A stretch of 64,000 bases of DNA, from the NCBI GenBank assembly GCA_038207085.1, contig JBBRAE010000009.1:32001-96000 (forward strand), written 5' to 3'. A program made the translations under genes and the position numbers. The notes under the pieces are model-generated. The model was not told the origin of the DNA. It made no database searches and saw nothing but the letters and a program-made list of their open reading frames with translations. The stretch comes from Armatimonadota bacterium. Its GTDB lineage: Bacteria; Armatimonadota; UBA5829; DTLH01. Positions 49,039-58,884 of this stretch are shown here, piece by piece (within the stretch, counting starts at the first letter, position 1; the number at the start of each line of letters is the position of its first letter).

Positions 49039-50334
49039 TTAGCTCTCCTGCCCGGGCCGGACCCTGGCCTTGATCGTCTCTGCGTGAGCGTAGAAGCCTT
49101 CAGCCTCAGCGATATTGATCACGGTGTCTGCGATATCCTCAAGCGACTTTTTGTCGTAGCAAACGAGGCTGCTCTTCTTTAGAAAATCGTCTACGGTCAC
49201 AGGCGAACTAAATCTTGCCGTGCCGCCCGTCGGGAGCGTGTGGCTCGGGCCCGCGGCGTAGTCTCCAAGCGGGACCGGCGAGTTAGCGCCGAGCATGATC
49301 GCGCCTGCGTTTTTGATCAGAGGAAGCACGCCCCAGGGGTCTGCAACCAGGAGTTCAAGGTGCTCTGGCGCGAAACGGTTTACCATCTCAGCGGCCTCTT
49401 CGATGCTTCGGGCGATGATCACAGCGCCTGAGGCATCAAGCGACTGCTCTATGATCTCCCGTCGAGGCGATGTGGCCTTCAGGCGTTTCACTTCAATGAG
49501 CACTTTGTCGGCAAGCTGTCTGTCGGTCGTGACGAGCACGGTTCTGGAGTCGTCGGCGTGCTCGGCCTGAGAGAGCACGTCGGCTGCGACGTAGGTCGGG
49601 TTGGCTGTGGAGTCGGCGACGATCATAATCTCGCTCGGCCCCGCCATCATATCGATCCCGATGATCCCGTAGAGCTGGCGCTTGGCCTCGGTGACAAACG
49701 GGTTCCCCGGCCCGACTACCTTGTCGACCTTGGGGACGCTTGCGGTGCCGTAGGCCATCGCTGCGACAGCCTGAGCGCCACCGACCTTGAACACGGCGTC
49801 GATCCCCGACTCGCGCGCGGCGACAAGCATCAGTGGGTCGATGCCTCCGTCGGCCTGCGCGGGGGAGCACATCACGAAAAACGGCACGCCTGCGACCTTG
49901 GCCGGAATCGCGGTCATCAAAACAGAGCTTGGGTAAACAGCCTTGCCGCCGGGGGCGTAAAGCCCGACCCGCTCGATCGGTCGGATGATCTGGCCTAGGG
50001 TGATACCGCCCTGAATATCGATCCACGAAGTGCGAAGCTGCTTTTTGTGGTATTCCTCGATGTTGGTCTTCGCGCGTCGGATCGCCTCGACGAGTTTCGG
50101 GTCGGCTGAAGCGTACGCCGCCTCAAACTCGGTTTCGGTCACTTTGAGCGCGGAAAGCTTGGGGGAATCAAACTTCTGTCCAAGCTCAAAGAGCGCTTCA
50201 TCGCCCCGCGTGTGAACGTCGGCGATTATCCCGCGAACGGTGTCCTCGACGGACTGGGTCGATGGCTGCTCTGGCGGAGCAAGCACCGCGTCGATCGCCT
50301 CCCGAGGGTCCCTACCGGATTCAAATATCTTCAT
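49039..50334 (-). CDS. hisD: Histidinol dehydrogenase
   Basis: YAPGGKAVYPSS, GPGN, AGPSE, QAEH, APEHL, SHTLPT. Confidence 0.97.
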   Translation of the reverse strand: MKIFESGRDPREAIDAVLAPPEQPSTQSVEDTVRGIIADVHTRGDEALFELGQKFDSPKLSALKVTETEFEAAYASADPKLVEAIRRAKTNIEEYHKKQLRTSWIDIQGGITLGQIIRPIERVGLYAPGGKAVYPSSVLMTAIPAKVAGVPFFVMCSPAQADGGIDPLMLVAARESGIDAVFKVGGAQAVAAMAYGTASVPKVDKVVGPGNPFVTEAKRQLYGIIGIDMMAGPSEIMIVADSTANPTYVAADVLSQAEHADDSRTVLVTTDRQLADKVLIEVKRLKATSPRREIIEQSLDASGAVIIARSIEEAAEMVNRFAPEHLELLVADPWGVLPLIKNAGAIMLGANSPVPLGDYAAGPSHTLPTGGTARFSSPVTVDDFLKKSSLVCYDKKSLEDIADTVINIAEAEGFYAHAETIKARVRPGQES

Positions 50335-50494
50335 AAGGCCAAGATCTCCTGTAACTGCTGCCAAATTATACCAAGCAGGAGGGCCAAGGGCAAGTCGTGA
50401 GTTTGAACGGGGGCAGGTGAGGTGGAATCGGCTCGTTCGATCGCGCCGCGTCAGGAGACACGGCGCGATCCAATCCCAATTTGCGAATCGTCCG

Positions 50495-50722
50495 CTACTT
50501 GCTCTGTGGGATGTCGGTGTGCCGGTGGAGTCCCATTTCGGTCGGGGTCTCTTCGTCGGGCTCCGGCGGCTCTTCCAGTTCTTCGTGCTGTGTGAAGACG
50601 GGAGTATCGTCGTCCACGTCGTTTCGGACGCTGTCTTCGAGCACGCGTTCGCGCTCATCGGCGGACAGGACATTTTGGAGTCTGCTGCTTATGTTGGTTC
50701 GGATAGGTTTTCGAGTTGCCAT
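50495..50722 (-). CDS. Small acidic hypothetical protein
   Basis: RBS-like AAGGGTG; 75 aa with a basic N-terminus and an acidic, disordered C-terminus. Confidence 0.5.
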   Translation of the reverse strand: MATRKPIRTNISSRLQNVLSADERERVLEDSVRNDVDDDTPVFTQHEELEEPPEPDEETPTEMGLHRHTDIPQSK

Positions 50723-50854
50723 GGTATCACACCCTTTTGCTAGACTACTCAAGTTGTGCTGGGATTATACCGCCGTGCACCCTGCGCCAATCTTTTTTCA
50801 GAATAATTCTCTAAAACACTTGACGAGCAGGCATATACCTAGTAAAATTACTAG

Positions 50855-50922
50855 TGCTTCTTTTTCTCCTTTCACTACCTCTGTAGGGCTTGGCTGGCCG
50901 CCCTCTAGCCAAGTCTTTTTTT
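50855..50922 (+). ncRNA. Candidate CU-rich small RNA
   Basis: TTGACG-N17-TAAAAT at 50820-50848; TTTCTCCTTTC; terminator stem plus T7. Confidence 0.55.
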
Positions 50923-51149
50923 CCAAATCCACGTAATAAAGGCCCCTCTGCGTACTGTTGAATGGGTAGCTGTGGGAGTCTGTAGTAAGCACTTTGATTT
51001 GTGGAGCGCACCCTTCGAGAGCCTCAGGGTGAGGGGTTTGGCTTGGGTGGATGTATGAGAAGATTGTGCCTCCACCCAAACCATCGACACAGGCCAATCC
51101 CCCGAAGCTAATTCCAAACCATAAGCACAAGCCAGCCCCCGAACAAACA

Positions 51150-51250
51150 ATGGCCCCGCACCTGCGCTTGGGTTTTACTCGCTTCGTACCCAACCCTGGC
51201 TTAACCAGAGCCGACTAATGGCGAAGAACCATACGCAGATGCGGGACCAT
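51150..51250 (-). ncRNA. Candidate structured RNA (long closing stem with internal hairpins)
   Basis: ATGGTCCCGCATCTGCG pairs with CGCAGGTGCGGGGCCAT; the G-U pairs work only on the minus strand. Confidence 0.4.
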
Positions 51251-51307
51251 ATTCAATCTCTCTTTATCAGTATATCCCTATTGTACCATGCACAAACATT
51301 CACCGGC

Positions 51308-51350
51308 ACAAAAAAACGGCCGCCTGAACAATGGGCGGCCGTTTTTTTGT
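51308..51350. terminator. Intrinsic terminator after the S55 gene
   Basis: ACAAAAAAACGGCCGCC...GGCGGCCGTTTTTTTGT. Confidence 0.85.
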
Positions 51351-51367
51351 GGCTCTGTTAGCTGTGA

Positions 51368-54300
51368 CTACTTAACGTTCGCGGTGACCTTGTCCGCGGC
51401 TGAGTTGCCTGCGGCGTCGATCGCCTTCACTTCGATCGTGTGCGCGCCTTTGGAGAGCGCATCGGTCGTGATTGTAAACGCTTCGGAGGTCGTGTCGAAG
51501 ATACCGTCCGTGGCCGACGCAGACATCCAATCTCCGCTGTCGACTTTGAACTGCACTCCGGCAAGGGCGACGTTGTTGCCGTAGGCGTAACCCTCCACCG
51601 ACACCGTGCCGTCAACTGCGACTGTGACCGTCTTCTTGAAGACCGACACCCGCGGTGGGGTGTTTGCGACCACTACCGGCCCGACCACCTTCTCGCCGGT
51701 CTGGAAGCCGCTGGCGTTGCTTACGCGGTCGGTTGCGACTACTTTGATCATATAGCTGCCGTCGGGCACTTTGGTCGTATCCCAGTTATAGCTCGTCTGC
51801 TTGATCGAAGCGCCGCCGTTTGACGCTGGCGCGGTGTCTGCGGGCTCGGACTCGTCACCTGACGCCGAAACCGCCTTGTCGATCGCTGAGGGCGCGTCCT
51901 CGATCATCTGGTCTTTGACTTCCTGAGGGATCTCAGGGTGCTGATCGAGCTCGGTCCTTAGCTGCGCCATCATATCCGCCTTGCTCGGCTGCGCAGCCGC
52001 GGCGACTTTCTTAGGCTCGATGGGCTTTGCTGCGGCTTTGGCTTCAGACTTGGGCGCGAGAGCCGCAAGCGGGGCAGTCGACGCGGACGCCGACTTGACG
52101 CCACTTCCGATCCTCTGCCAGGTCTTACCTGAGTCCGCCGAGTAGTAGATATCGTAAGTGAGCGTGTCTTTGTCCGGGTCGCTTCCCGACCACCGGATGC
52201 TCTGATTGTGGGAGATGACCGCGCCCAACTGAGGCTCACTTATGGTCACCTTCGGGCCGCGGTTCTCCGGCAGATATGCGACCGTCACCTGCTGAAGCGC
52301 AGGGGAGGCTTCGTTTGTGCCTGAGAGTATCGCCCGGTACTGAATATACCGCGCAGCCGGGCTTGTAACGCTCTGACCGGGGCCACGCGCCTCTGACCAG
52401 GTGTTCCAAGAGCTGTCGGGCTCTGAAACGTTGCCGGTGCGGGTCAAAAGCCGGGTCGCCGCCCCCTCGGGGGTGCTTGCGATCCAGTTGATGACGCCCC
52501 ATCGGCTGGTCGTCCCTGCGTCCCGAACGCTCGACTCATAGGTCGACTGAGCGGCGGGCTTGCCGACGTAAAGCGCGGCGGAGTTGGCTGTGCCTGCGAG
52601 CACTGTGCCGTCGCCGGCGACCGCGACGCTCACGAACTGAGCTCCCGCGCGACCGCTGTCAAGCGTCATCACTTTCTCGTCCGGCGTGATCTTGATGATC
52701 TGCTCGTCGCTTGCCACATATATGTTGTCGTGCGAGTCGACGGCCATCGAGAGCGCCTTGGGGGCCTTGTCGTAGACCGTGCTGACCTCACCCGAGGGCT
52801 TGATCTTGTAGACGTTGCCTTTGGCAGTGCCTGTCGCCGCGTAGACGTTGCCGCGCGAGTCGACCGCAACGCTTGCAATCGAGTCCTCAGCCGCGTTATA
52901 GAGCGGGCTCGCCTTGCCGTCCGGGCTGATCTTGTAGACCACCCCGTCGCGTCCTGCCCCTGCGTAGATGTTACCTGAAGCGTCGATCGCAAGCGCAAGG
53001 ATCGAAGCGTCGTTCACGCTCGCGAACAGCTCACCCTTGCCGCCGGGGCTGATCTTGTAGACCTTGCCCGCGTCGCCCACGCCCGCGAAGATATTTTCAC
53101 CGGACGCTGCGAGTGCGAGCACATACTTTTCGCTCGTGGTAAAGAGCAGGCTCCCTTTGCCCGAGGAGTCGATCTTGAACACCTTGCCGTGGGGGCTCGT
53201 TCCTGCGTAGAGGTTCCCCGAGCCGTCTCGCGCAAGCGACTGAACAGCGATCTCGCCGGTCTTGAACACCACCGACGCCTTGCCGTCCCCGCTCACATGA
53301 TAGACGTTTCCGTTGGAGCCTGTGCCGATATATGCGCCGCCCGTCCCGTCGGGGAGGACCTTCCAAGCGTACATCTCAGGAAGCTCCGCGAGCTTGGCGA
53401 GCGCCGGAACCATTACAACCTCGTCCGAGGTCGAAACCGCCGTGCCACTGAAAGTCCCGTTTGCAAAGTCCTTGTAGGTGGTCTGCTTCCAGACCGCTGG
53501 CTGGCGTCCTACGGGCTTTTCTGCGGGTTTGGCGTCACTGCCTGCGTTTGGCGTGACAGGGGCGTCTACGGGGTTGGCAGGTGTTGCTACGCCTGCCGGT
53601 GGCGCGTCCACGGGTGACTCGTCGACCGAAACTGACGGCTGAGCCGGCGTTGCGAGCTGAACGGGTGTGCTCGCCGAGTAGCCGCCGAAGTCATCGTTCA
53701 TCATCTCATCGCCGTCGGGTGGCTGAGGAGGCGTGGGCTGGCTGTCGGGTGGGCCGTCGGGGCCGCCTGATGGCGGCTGCATTGCTCGTTTCTCACCGTG
53801 GCGCACGCGCTCGATCTTGATCGGCACGCTCTGCTCGCCCATCATAACGTAGTCCATCGGGACGACGGTCTTCACTTCCTCGCGCTCGGTGCGCCCGGCG
53901 CTCGCTCGCGGGTTTTTCATCACCCCGGCGATCGCGTCAGGGAGCCCCGAGAGCTTCTCACCGCCGACACTGACCGAGCTTGAGGGCAACAGAAGCTTTG
54001 CGACGAGGTCGTTGTTCTTCTCGCGCTCAAGGAACTTGTCGATCACCTGCTGGACGTTGTCCGCCGAGCTTCCGCCGCCCGAAGACATTCTAGGAGCGCC
54101 GTCTGCTGCGATGACGATCATCGGCCCATCACCGCCGCCGGACATGCCGCCCTTGACCTGCAGGGTGACCCGTCCGTCGGGCGCGTTTTCGGGGATCTTG
54201 ATCGCAATCGTCTTGGTGAATCGGTCACCCTTGTACGGCCTCATCTCGACCGCAACTTTGACGGTGTCGCCCGGCTCATATTTGCTCCGGTCGACGATAA

Positions 54301-55663
54301 TGCGTTCCACGCTCGCCGTCTTGCGCCCGGACCGAATCGTAACCGACATATTGACCGATTTGACGTTAATCGGATGGAACTTGTTGTTGGAGAGAATATT
54401 GACGAGCCCCTGCATATCATCGAGCGCCGCCGCTTCGATGGTTGTGGGGTCGAAGAACTCGTTTTCGCGGACGATCTTGCCGACCTCGTCTGCGTTGATC
54501 TCTGTTCGGACCTCGGCCATCGCGTCGTTCGGGATGCCGTTTAGCTCGGTGATCGCTTCAGCCGCCGAAAGGACGATCAGCTTGGGCGCGAGCATGGGGT
54601 GGTTGATCACGTTGACGTGCAGCGTCTTTTTTCGCCCGATCGCCTGGTTGTCGACGTTGATCGTAAGCGGGATGGTGTCGGCCATCTTGCCGATCTCGCC
54701 GCCCACCGACCAGGGCCTGTCCTGTGTGATGTGCCCGACGACCTTCATCGGCATTGCGAGCTTGAACGACACCTGGTAGCTCGGGAACACGTCTAGGACG
54801 TAAGCGGTTGAAAGCGGTGCGTCGATCGGCCCGATGTTGAACATCGGGTGACCGAAGCCGACCATCTTGTTCCCTCGCCTGTATGTGAGCGTTCCGGTCG
54901 CGGTCATATCGATATCGCCTGTTGTAAGCGACAGACCAAATGCGCTTCCGGGCCTAAGCTCTGTCGGGACGATGTCTGTCTTGCCACCGGGGCCTGCCAC
55001 GGGCTGGAGGCCGAACGGCTCGAATATCTCAGCGAGCTTGTTCAGTCCGCGCGCGCTTATGCCGCTCACCGAGACCGGGGTCATAAGCGGGGTCATGACA
55101 AGCGTGCCGACGCCCGCTGCCGTGCCTGCGTCCGCGGGATTTCTGATCTCGATCCTGTTATAGGTGCTCGCGCCGCTTTTGACCGGCGTGTCGAGTGTAG
55201 ATAGTCCCGAGGGCTTTGACGGAAGCTTGGGGTCGAGTGAGTCGAGCATATCCTCGATCGGCGTCAGCATAGCAAGCGGTTCTTTGGAGAACCCGCCGGG
55301 GCCGTAGGCGACCGCGCCGATGATCTTGCCGTTGATGTACACCGGGCTTCCGCTCATCCCCTGCATGATGTTGGCCTGGCGTTCAGTGATCGGCCCGCCT
55401 GACATGCGAGCGAGGATGAGGTCCTTGCCGTTGTTCATCTTGCGCATCAGGCCGATGATCTCGACGTTGAACTTCTCGATTTTTGTGCCTTTGAATACGG
55501 TCAGGCCATAGGCTTTCATGCCCGGCTTGACCTGCGACAAGGGCATAATATCCTTGTAGTCTGCCTGGACAACGCCCGGGGGCAGTGCGGCCGCCGGAAG
55601 AACAGCAGCAAGCGATGCCACCATCGCCACTGCGATAAACAATCTGATTGGCTTTCGCAACAT
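51368..55663 (-). CDS. Secreted SpoIVB/peptidase S55-domain protein fused to beta-propeller and Ig-like domains
   Basis: QGMSGSPVY, GFGHP, repeated LAxDxxGNxYAG.GxVYKI blades, C-terminal Ig-like AIDAAGN. Confidence 0.85.
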   Translation of the reverse strand: MLRKPIRLFIAVAMVASLAAVLPAAALPPGVVQADYKDIMPLSQVKPGMKAYGLTVFKGTKIEKFNVEIIGLMRKMNNGKDLILARMSGGPITERQANIMQGMSGSPVYINGKIIGAVAYGPGGFSKEPLAMLTPIEDMLDSLDPKLPSKPSGLSTLDTPVKSGASTYNRIEIRNPADAGTAAGVGTLVMTPLMTPVSVSGISARGLNKLAEIFEPFGLQPVAGPGGKTDIVPTELRPGSAFGLSLTTGDIDMTATGTLTYRRGNKMVGFGHPMFNIGPIDAPLSTAYVLDVFPSYQVSFKLAMPMKVVGHITQDRPWSVGGEIGKMADTIPLTINVDNQAIGRKKTLHVNVINHPMLAPKLIVLSAAEAITELNGIPNDAMAEVRTEINADEVGKIVRENEFFDPTTIEAAALDDMQGLVNILSNNKFHPINVKSVNMSVTIRSGRKTASVERIIVDRSKYEPGDTVKVAVEMRPYKGDRFTKTIAIKIPENAPDGRVTLQVKGGMSGGGDGPMIVIAADGAPRMSSGGGSSADNVQQVIDKFLEREKNNDLVAKLLLPSSSVSVGGEKLSGLPDAIAGVMKNPRASAGRTEREEVKTVVPMDYVMMGEQSVPIKIERVRHGEKRAMQPPSGGPDGPPDSQPTPPQPPDGDEMMNDDFGGYSASTPVQLATPAQPSVSVDESPVDAPPAGVATPANPVDAPVTPNAGSDAKPAEKPVGRQPAVWKQTTYKDFANGTFSGTAVSTSDEVVMVPALAKLAELPEMYAWKVLPDGTGGAYIGTGSNGNVYHVSGDGKASVVFKTGEIAVQSLARDGSGNLYAGTSPHGKVFKIDSSGKGSLLFTTSEKYVLALAASGENIFAGVGDAGKVYKISPGGKGELFASVNDASILALAIDASGNIYAGAGRDGVVYKISPDGKASPLYNAAEDSIASVAVDSRGNVYAATGTAKGNVYKIKPSGEVSTVYDKAPKALSMAVDSHDNIYVASDEQIIKITPDEKVMTLDSGRAGAQFVSVAVAGDGTVLAGTANSAALYVGKPAAQSTYESSVRDAGTTSRWGVINWIASTPEGAATRLLTRTGNVSEPDSSWNTWSEARGPGQSVTSPAARYIQYRAILSGTNEASPALQQVTVAYLPENRGPKVTISEPQLGAVISHNQSIRWSGSDPDKDTLTYDIYYSADSGKTWQRIGSGVKSASASTAPLAALAPKSEAKAAAKPIEPKKVAAAAQPSKADMMAQLRTELDQHPEIPQEVKDQMIEDAPSAIDKAVSASGDESEPADTAPASNGGASIKQTSYNWDTTKVPDGSYMIKVVATDRVSNASGFQTGEKVVGPVVVANTPPRVSVFKKTVTVAVDGTVSVEGYAYGNNVALAGVQFKVDSGDWMSASATDGIFDTTSEAFTITTDALSKGAHTIEVKAIDAAGNSAADKVTANVK

Positions 55664-56178
55664 GAGTCTGTACGTCTCCTGATTTAACGCCGAAGCGGGG
55701 ATTTCGCGACCACCCCGTCATAACTAAGTGTCGGTTCCCTTAGACCTTATCTATAAAATAATACGCGCGACGGCGACAAAACGGCACCGTCCCGCAAAAA
55801 TTTCGCGCGCCTGCCACTGCGGCGCTAGTATATGATAAATTATATCACGTTTCGTTCACGGGGGGTATTGGGAGCTGTTAGCTGTTAATTATTAGCTTCG
55901 TGATCGCGCCGGTTCTCCAGAACCGGTGTGGACATTCCATGGGTCTCTGACCCCGCACGGATGTTTCATATTTGGCCGAATTGTTGGGGGATGGCGCAAC
56001 TCGTTCGCTCTGGTTAATTGTTGTGAGCTTGGGCGGTGGTATATTCGTTAGGGCCGCACGTGAAGCTAAATCATCACGCTAAAGATTCAGAAAGCAAGCT
56101 GAAGCAAGCTCGGGATTCATAATGTCAAGCTTGCTTGATGGTTTGCCAGCCTGATCCTTTACGGTCAGGTGCTCTACG

Positions 56179-56207
56179 TTGACACCCCTTTCGCCCCTTG
56201 CTATACT
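56179..56207 (+). promoter_or_regulatory. Sigma70 promoter for hemL
   Basis: TTGACA-N17-TATACT. Confidence 0.75.
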
Positions 56208-56222
56208 TGCCACGGTGATAAT

Positions 56223-57506
56223 ATGAACTTTACTCGCTCGGAAGAGCTTTTCGAAAAGGCCAAGCGCCTGATTCCCGGTGGGGTGAACAGCCCTGTGCGG
56301 GCATTTAAATCGGTCGGTGGGACGCCGGTGTTCATTGAACGCGGGCAGGGGGCCAGGGTGACCGATGTCGACGGCAACGAGTTTGTCGACTACGTCTGCT
56401 CGTGGGGGCCGCTCATCTTCGGGCATGCGCACCCCAGGATCGTCGAGGCCGTCAAACGCGCCGCAGAGTGGGGGTCGACCTTTGGCGCGCCGACCGAGGC
56501 CGAGGTGACGCTTGCGCAGATGATCGTCGACGCGGTGCCGTCGGTCGAGATGGTGCGCCTCGTTAGCTCCGGCACTGAGGCCGTGATGAGCGCGATCAGG
56601 CTTGCCCGCGGGTTCACCCGGCGAGACAAGATCATCAAGTTTGAAGGCGGATACCACGGGCACAGCGACAGCCTGCTTGCGAAGGCGGGTTCAGGCATTG
56701 CGACCCTTGGGATGCCCGACAGTGCGGGCGTCTCACCGAACCTCACCGTCGACACGATCACCGTCCCCTATAACAACTCCGACGCCGTGCGCGCCGCGGT
56801 CGCTATGAACGGCAAGAGCGTCGCGGCGATCATCGTCGAGCCGATCGCGGGAAATATGGGAGTCGTTGCGCCCAAGCCGGGGTTCTTAGAGGAGCTTCGG
56901 GCGGTCGCCGACGAATACGGGATCGTTTTGATATTTGACGAGGTCATCTCAGGCTTTCGGGCGTCCTACGGCGGGGCCCAGGCGCGCCTTGGGGTGCTGC
57001 CGGACCTGACGACGATGGGCAAGATCATCGGCGGTGGGCTCCCGATGGGCGCTTACGGCGGTCGCCGCGAGATTATGGATTATGTCGCGCCATCAGGCCC
57101 CGTCTACCAGGCGGGGACGCTTTCCGGGAACCCCGTCGCGGTCGCAGCGGGGATCGAGACGCTTCGCATGCTCGCCGAGCCCGGCGTGTACGACCAACTT
57201 GAGGCAAAAGCCCTGATGCTTGAGGATGGTCTGAGGGACGCGGCGGAGTCATCCGGCGTCGACGTGCGCTTGAACCGGGTAGGCTCGCTTTCCACGGTGT
57301 TTTTCACCTCCGAAGAGGTGACGGACTACGCATCGGCCAAGACTTCCGACACCACAAAATACGGCGCATTTTTCCACGGCATGCTCCAGCGCGGCTTCTA
57401 CTTTGCCCCGTCACAGTTTGAGGCGGCGTTTGTGTCGACCGCTCACAGCAGCGAGGACATCGCGGGCACCATCGAAGCGGCAAGAGACGTTTTTGGAAAG
57501 CTTTAG
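56223..57506 (+). CDS. hemL: Glutamate-1-semialdehyde 2,1-aminomutase
   Basis: [41 protein letters not shown]. Confidence 0.97.
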   Translation: MNFTRSEELFEKAKRLIPGGVNSPVRAFKSVGGTPVFIERGQGARVTDVDGNEFVDYVCSWGPLIFGHAHPRIVEAVKRAAEWGSTFGAPTEAEVTLAQMIVDAVPSVEMVRLVSSGTEAVMSAIRLARGFTRRDKIIKFEGGYHGHSDSLLAKAGSGIATLGMPDSAGVSPNLTVDTITVPYNNSDAVRAAVAMNGKSVAAIIVEPIAGNMGVVAPKPGFLEELRAVADEYGIVLIFDEVISGFRASYGGAQARLGVLPDLTTMGKIIGGGLPMGAYGGRREIMDYVAPSGPVYQAGTLSGNPVAVAAGIETLRMLAEPGVYDQLEAKALMLEDGLRDAAESSGVDVRLNRVGSLSTVFFTSEEVTDYASAKTSDTTKYGAFFHGMLQRGFYFAPSQFEAAFVSTAHSSEDIAGTIEAARDVFGKL

Positions 57507-57515
57507 GCAGCCCAA

Positions 57516-58634
57516 CTAACTCCTAACCCCAGCGGGCCCCGTAGACCTTCGCACGATGAGTTCCGGCGCAAGCTTGATGTTCTTGTCCTGGGTCTCTTTG
57601 CCGAGAATTCGGTCGACCAGGAGCAGCGTCCCCTGCCGTCCCACCTCAAAAAGCGGCATTTTGACGGTGGTCAGGATGTTGTTGCTCCGATCATTGAGGA
57701 TGACCTCGGTGTCGTCGTAGCTTACCAGGCTGATATCCTCCGGGACACGCAGCCCCATCTTGACCAGCCGTTCGTGAATCTGAACTGCCTGCTCATCGTT
57801 GTGGGTGATCATCGCCGTGATATCTTTGCGCTCCGCTAGAAGCTTCACAAGCGCCTGTTCCTCGTCCTGGGGTGACTCCGGGGAGTAGACCCCTTTGATC
57901 AGGCACTCGTTCTCATCGAGTCCGCGCTCGCGGATCGCCCTGATGTAGGTAGCGAGGCGCGAATCGTGGGTTTGTGTGGACTGGAACAAGTCTCCATCGT
58001 GGACAGGAGTGTGAAAATGGACTATTCTCTTGTGCCCGAGGTCCAGCAGATGATCTATCACAGCCCGCGCCGCTGCCGCATTGTCAGGATACACCGCCGA
58101 GCACCCCGCCAGTGGCTCGACGAGCCCGACGATGGGACGAGTGCCGTAGTTCGGTTCGGCTCGGAGCATCTTGCAGGTGTTTTCCCACGCGTAGCCCTCG
58201 ATTATCGCAAGAATTCCATCGATATCGGCGCGCCTGTAGGCTCCCGGCAGTTCTCCGCGCTTTTCGGCCTTGCACTGGTCGCTTGTAAATATCTCGAAGT
58301 CCACTTCGTTGATCGCGTGCAGAACGCCCTGGTTGACTTTGGTAAAGTAGTTGGACTGGGTGAACCCGAGGTGGGTGAAGAAATACCCGATGGTATTGTT
58401 CAGCATCGGCTGGCCCCATTTGATGCTTGCGAGGCGGCGGGCGACCTGGTTACGCATTGGGTCATACCCAAGCTCACGGGCGGCGGTGCGGATCCTCTCG
58501 ATGGTGTCTTTCCCGAGTCTGCTGTCGTTTCTGAGCCCCCGCGACACTGTCGACTGGTTTACACCGCAGACTCTTGCGACATCTCTCATCGTTGGTGTCT
58601 TGCTTCCGTTGTTGTCCAGGCCAGTTGGTTTCAT
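57516..58634 (-). CDS. LacI-family transcriptional regulator
   Basis: TMRDVARVCGVNQSTVSRGL HTH, LGHKRI, VPEDISLVSYDD, LIVRRST. Confidence 0.93.
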   Translation of the reverse strand: MKPTGLDNNGSKTPTMRDVARVCGVNQSTVSRGLRNDSRLGKDTIERIRTAARELGYDPMRNQVARRLASIKWGQPMLNNTIGYFFTHLGFTQSNYFTKVNQGVLHAINEVDFEIFTSDQCKAEKRGELPGAYRRADIDGILAIIEGYAWENTCKMLRAEPNYGTRPIVGLVEPLAGCSAVYPDNAAAARAVIDHLLDLGHKRIVHFHTPVHDGDLFQSTQTHDSRLATYIRAIRERGLDENECLIKGVYSPESPQDEEQALVKLLAERKDITAMITHNDEQAVQIHERLVKMGLRVPEDISLVSYDDTEVILNDRSNNILTTVKMPLFEVGRQGTLLLVDRILGKETQDKNIKLAPELIVRRSTGPAGVRS

Positions 58635-58884
58635 TTATTATGGTATCCTCGCGTCAAAAGGTCATAAGCTCGCCATACTATCAGCTTGCTTGGTAGGATG
58701 TTATTAGAATTGTAACAGACACAACTATCATAGTCAAGGTTAAGCAATCGTATGCGCAAACATACTGTAGCCAATATGCTCGGCAATAACTCTGCTTTGG
58801 GGGCGTCCATATAGCATGTGAGGTGCGCCGGTTTTTGCAAGGCATGGAACCGGTGGACCAGAGAGCATAAGGAGGAGTTCAATC

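Noticed and set aside
7868..50334. his genes split into two loci about 40 kb apart
   Set aside because: Scattered his genes are common and not informative
50798..51193. Overlapping minus-strand ORFs (131, 81 and 66 aa)
   Set aside because: No RBS or domain signal; the region is better explained by hairpins, including a common CCCTTCGA..CTCAGGGTGA-type repeat at about 51011
55873..55896. Short AGCTGTT/AGCTATC heptamer runs (also near 9000 and 13878)
   Set aside because: Only two or three degenerate units each; these look like ordinary low-complexity intergenic repeats
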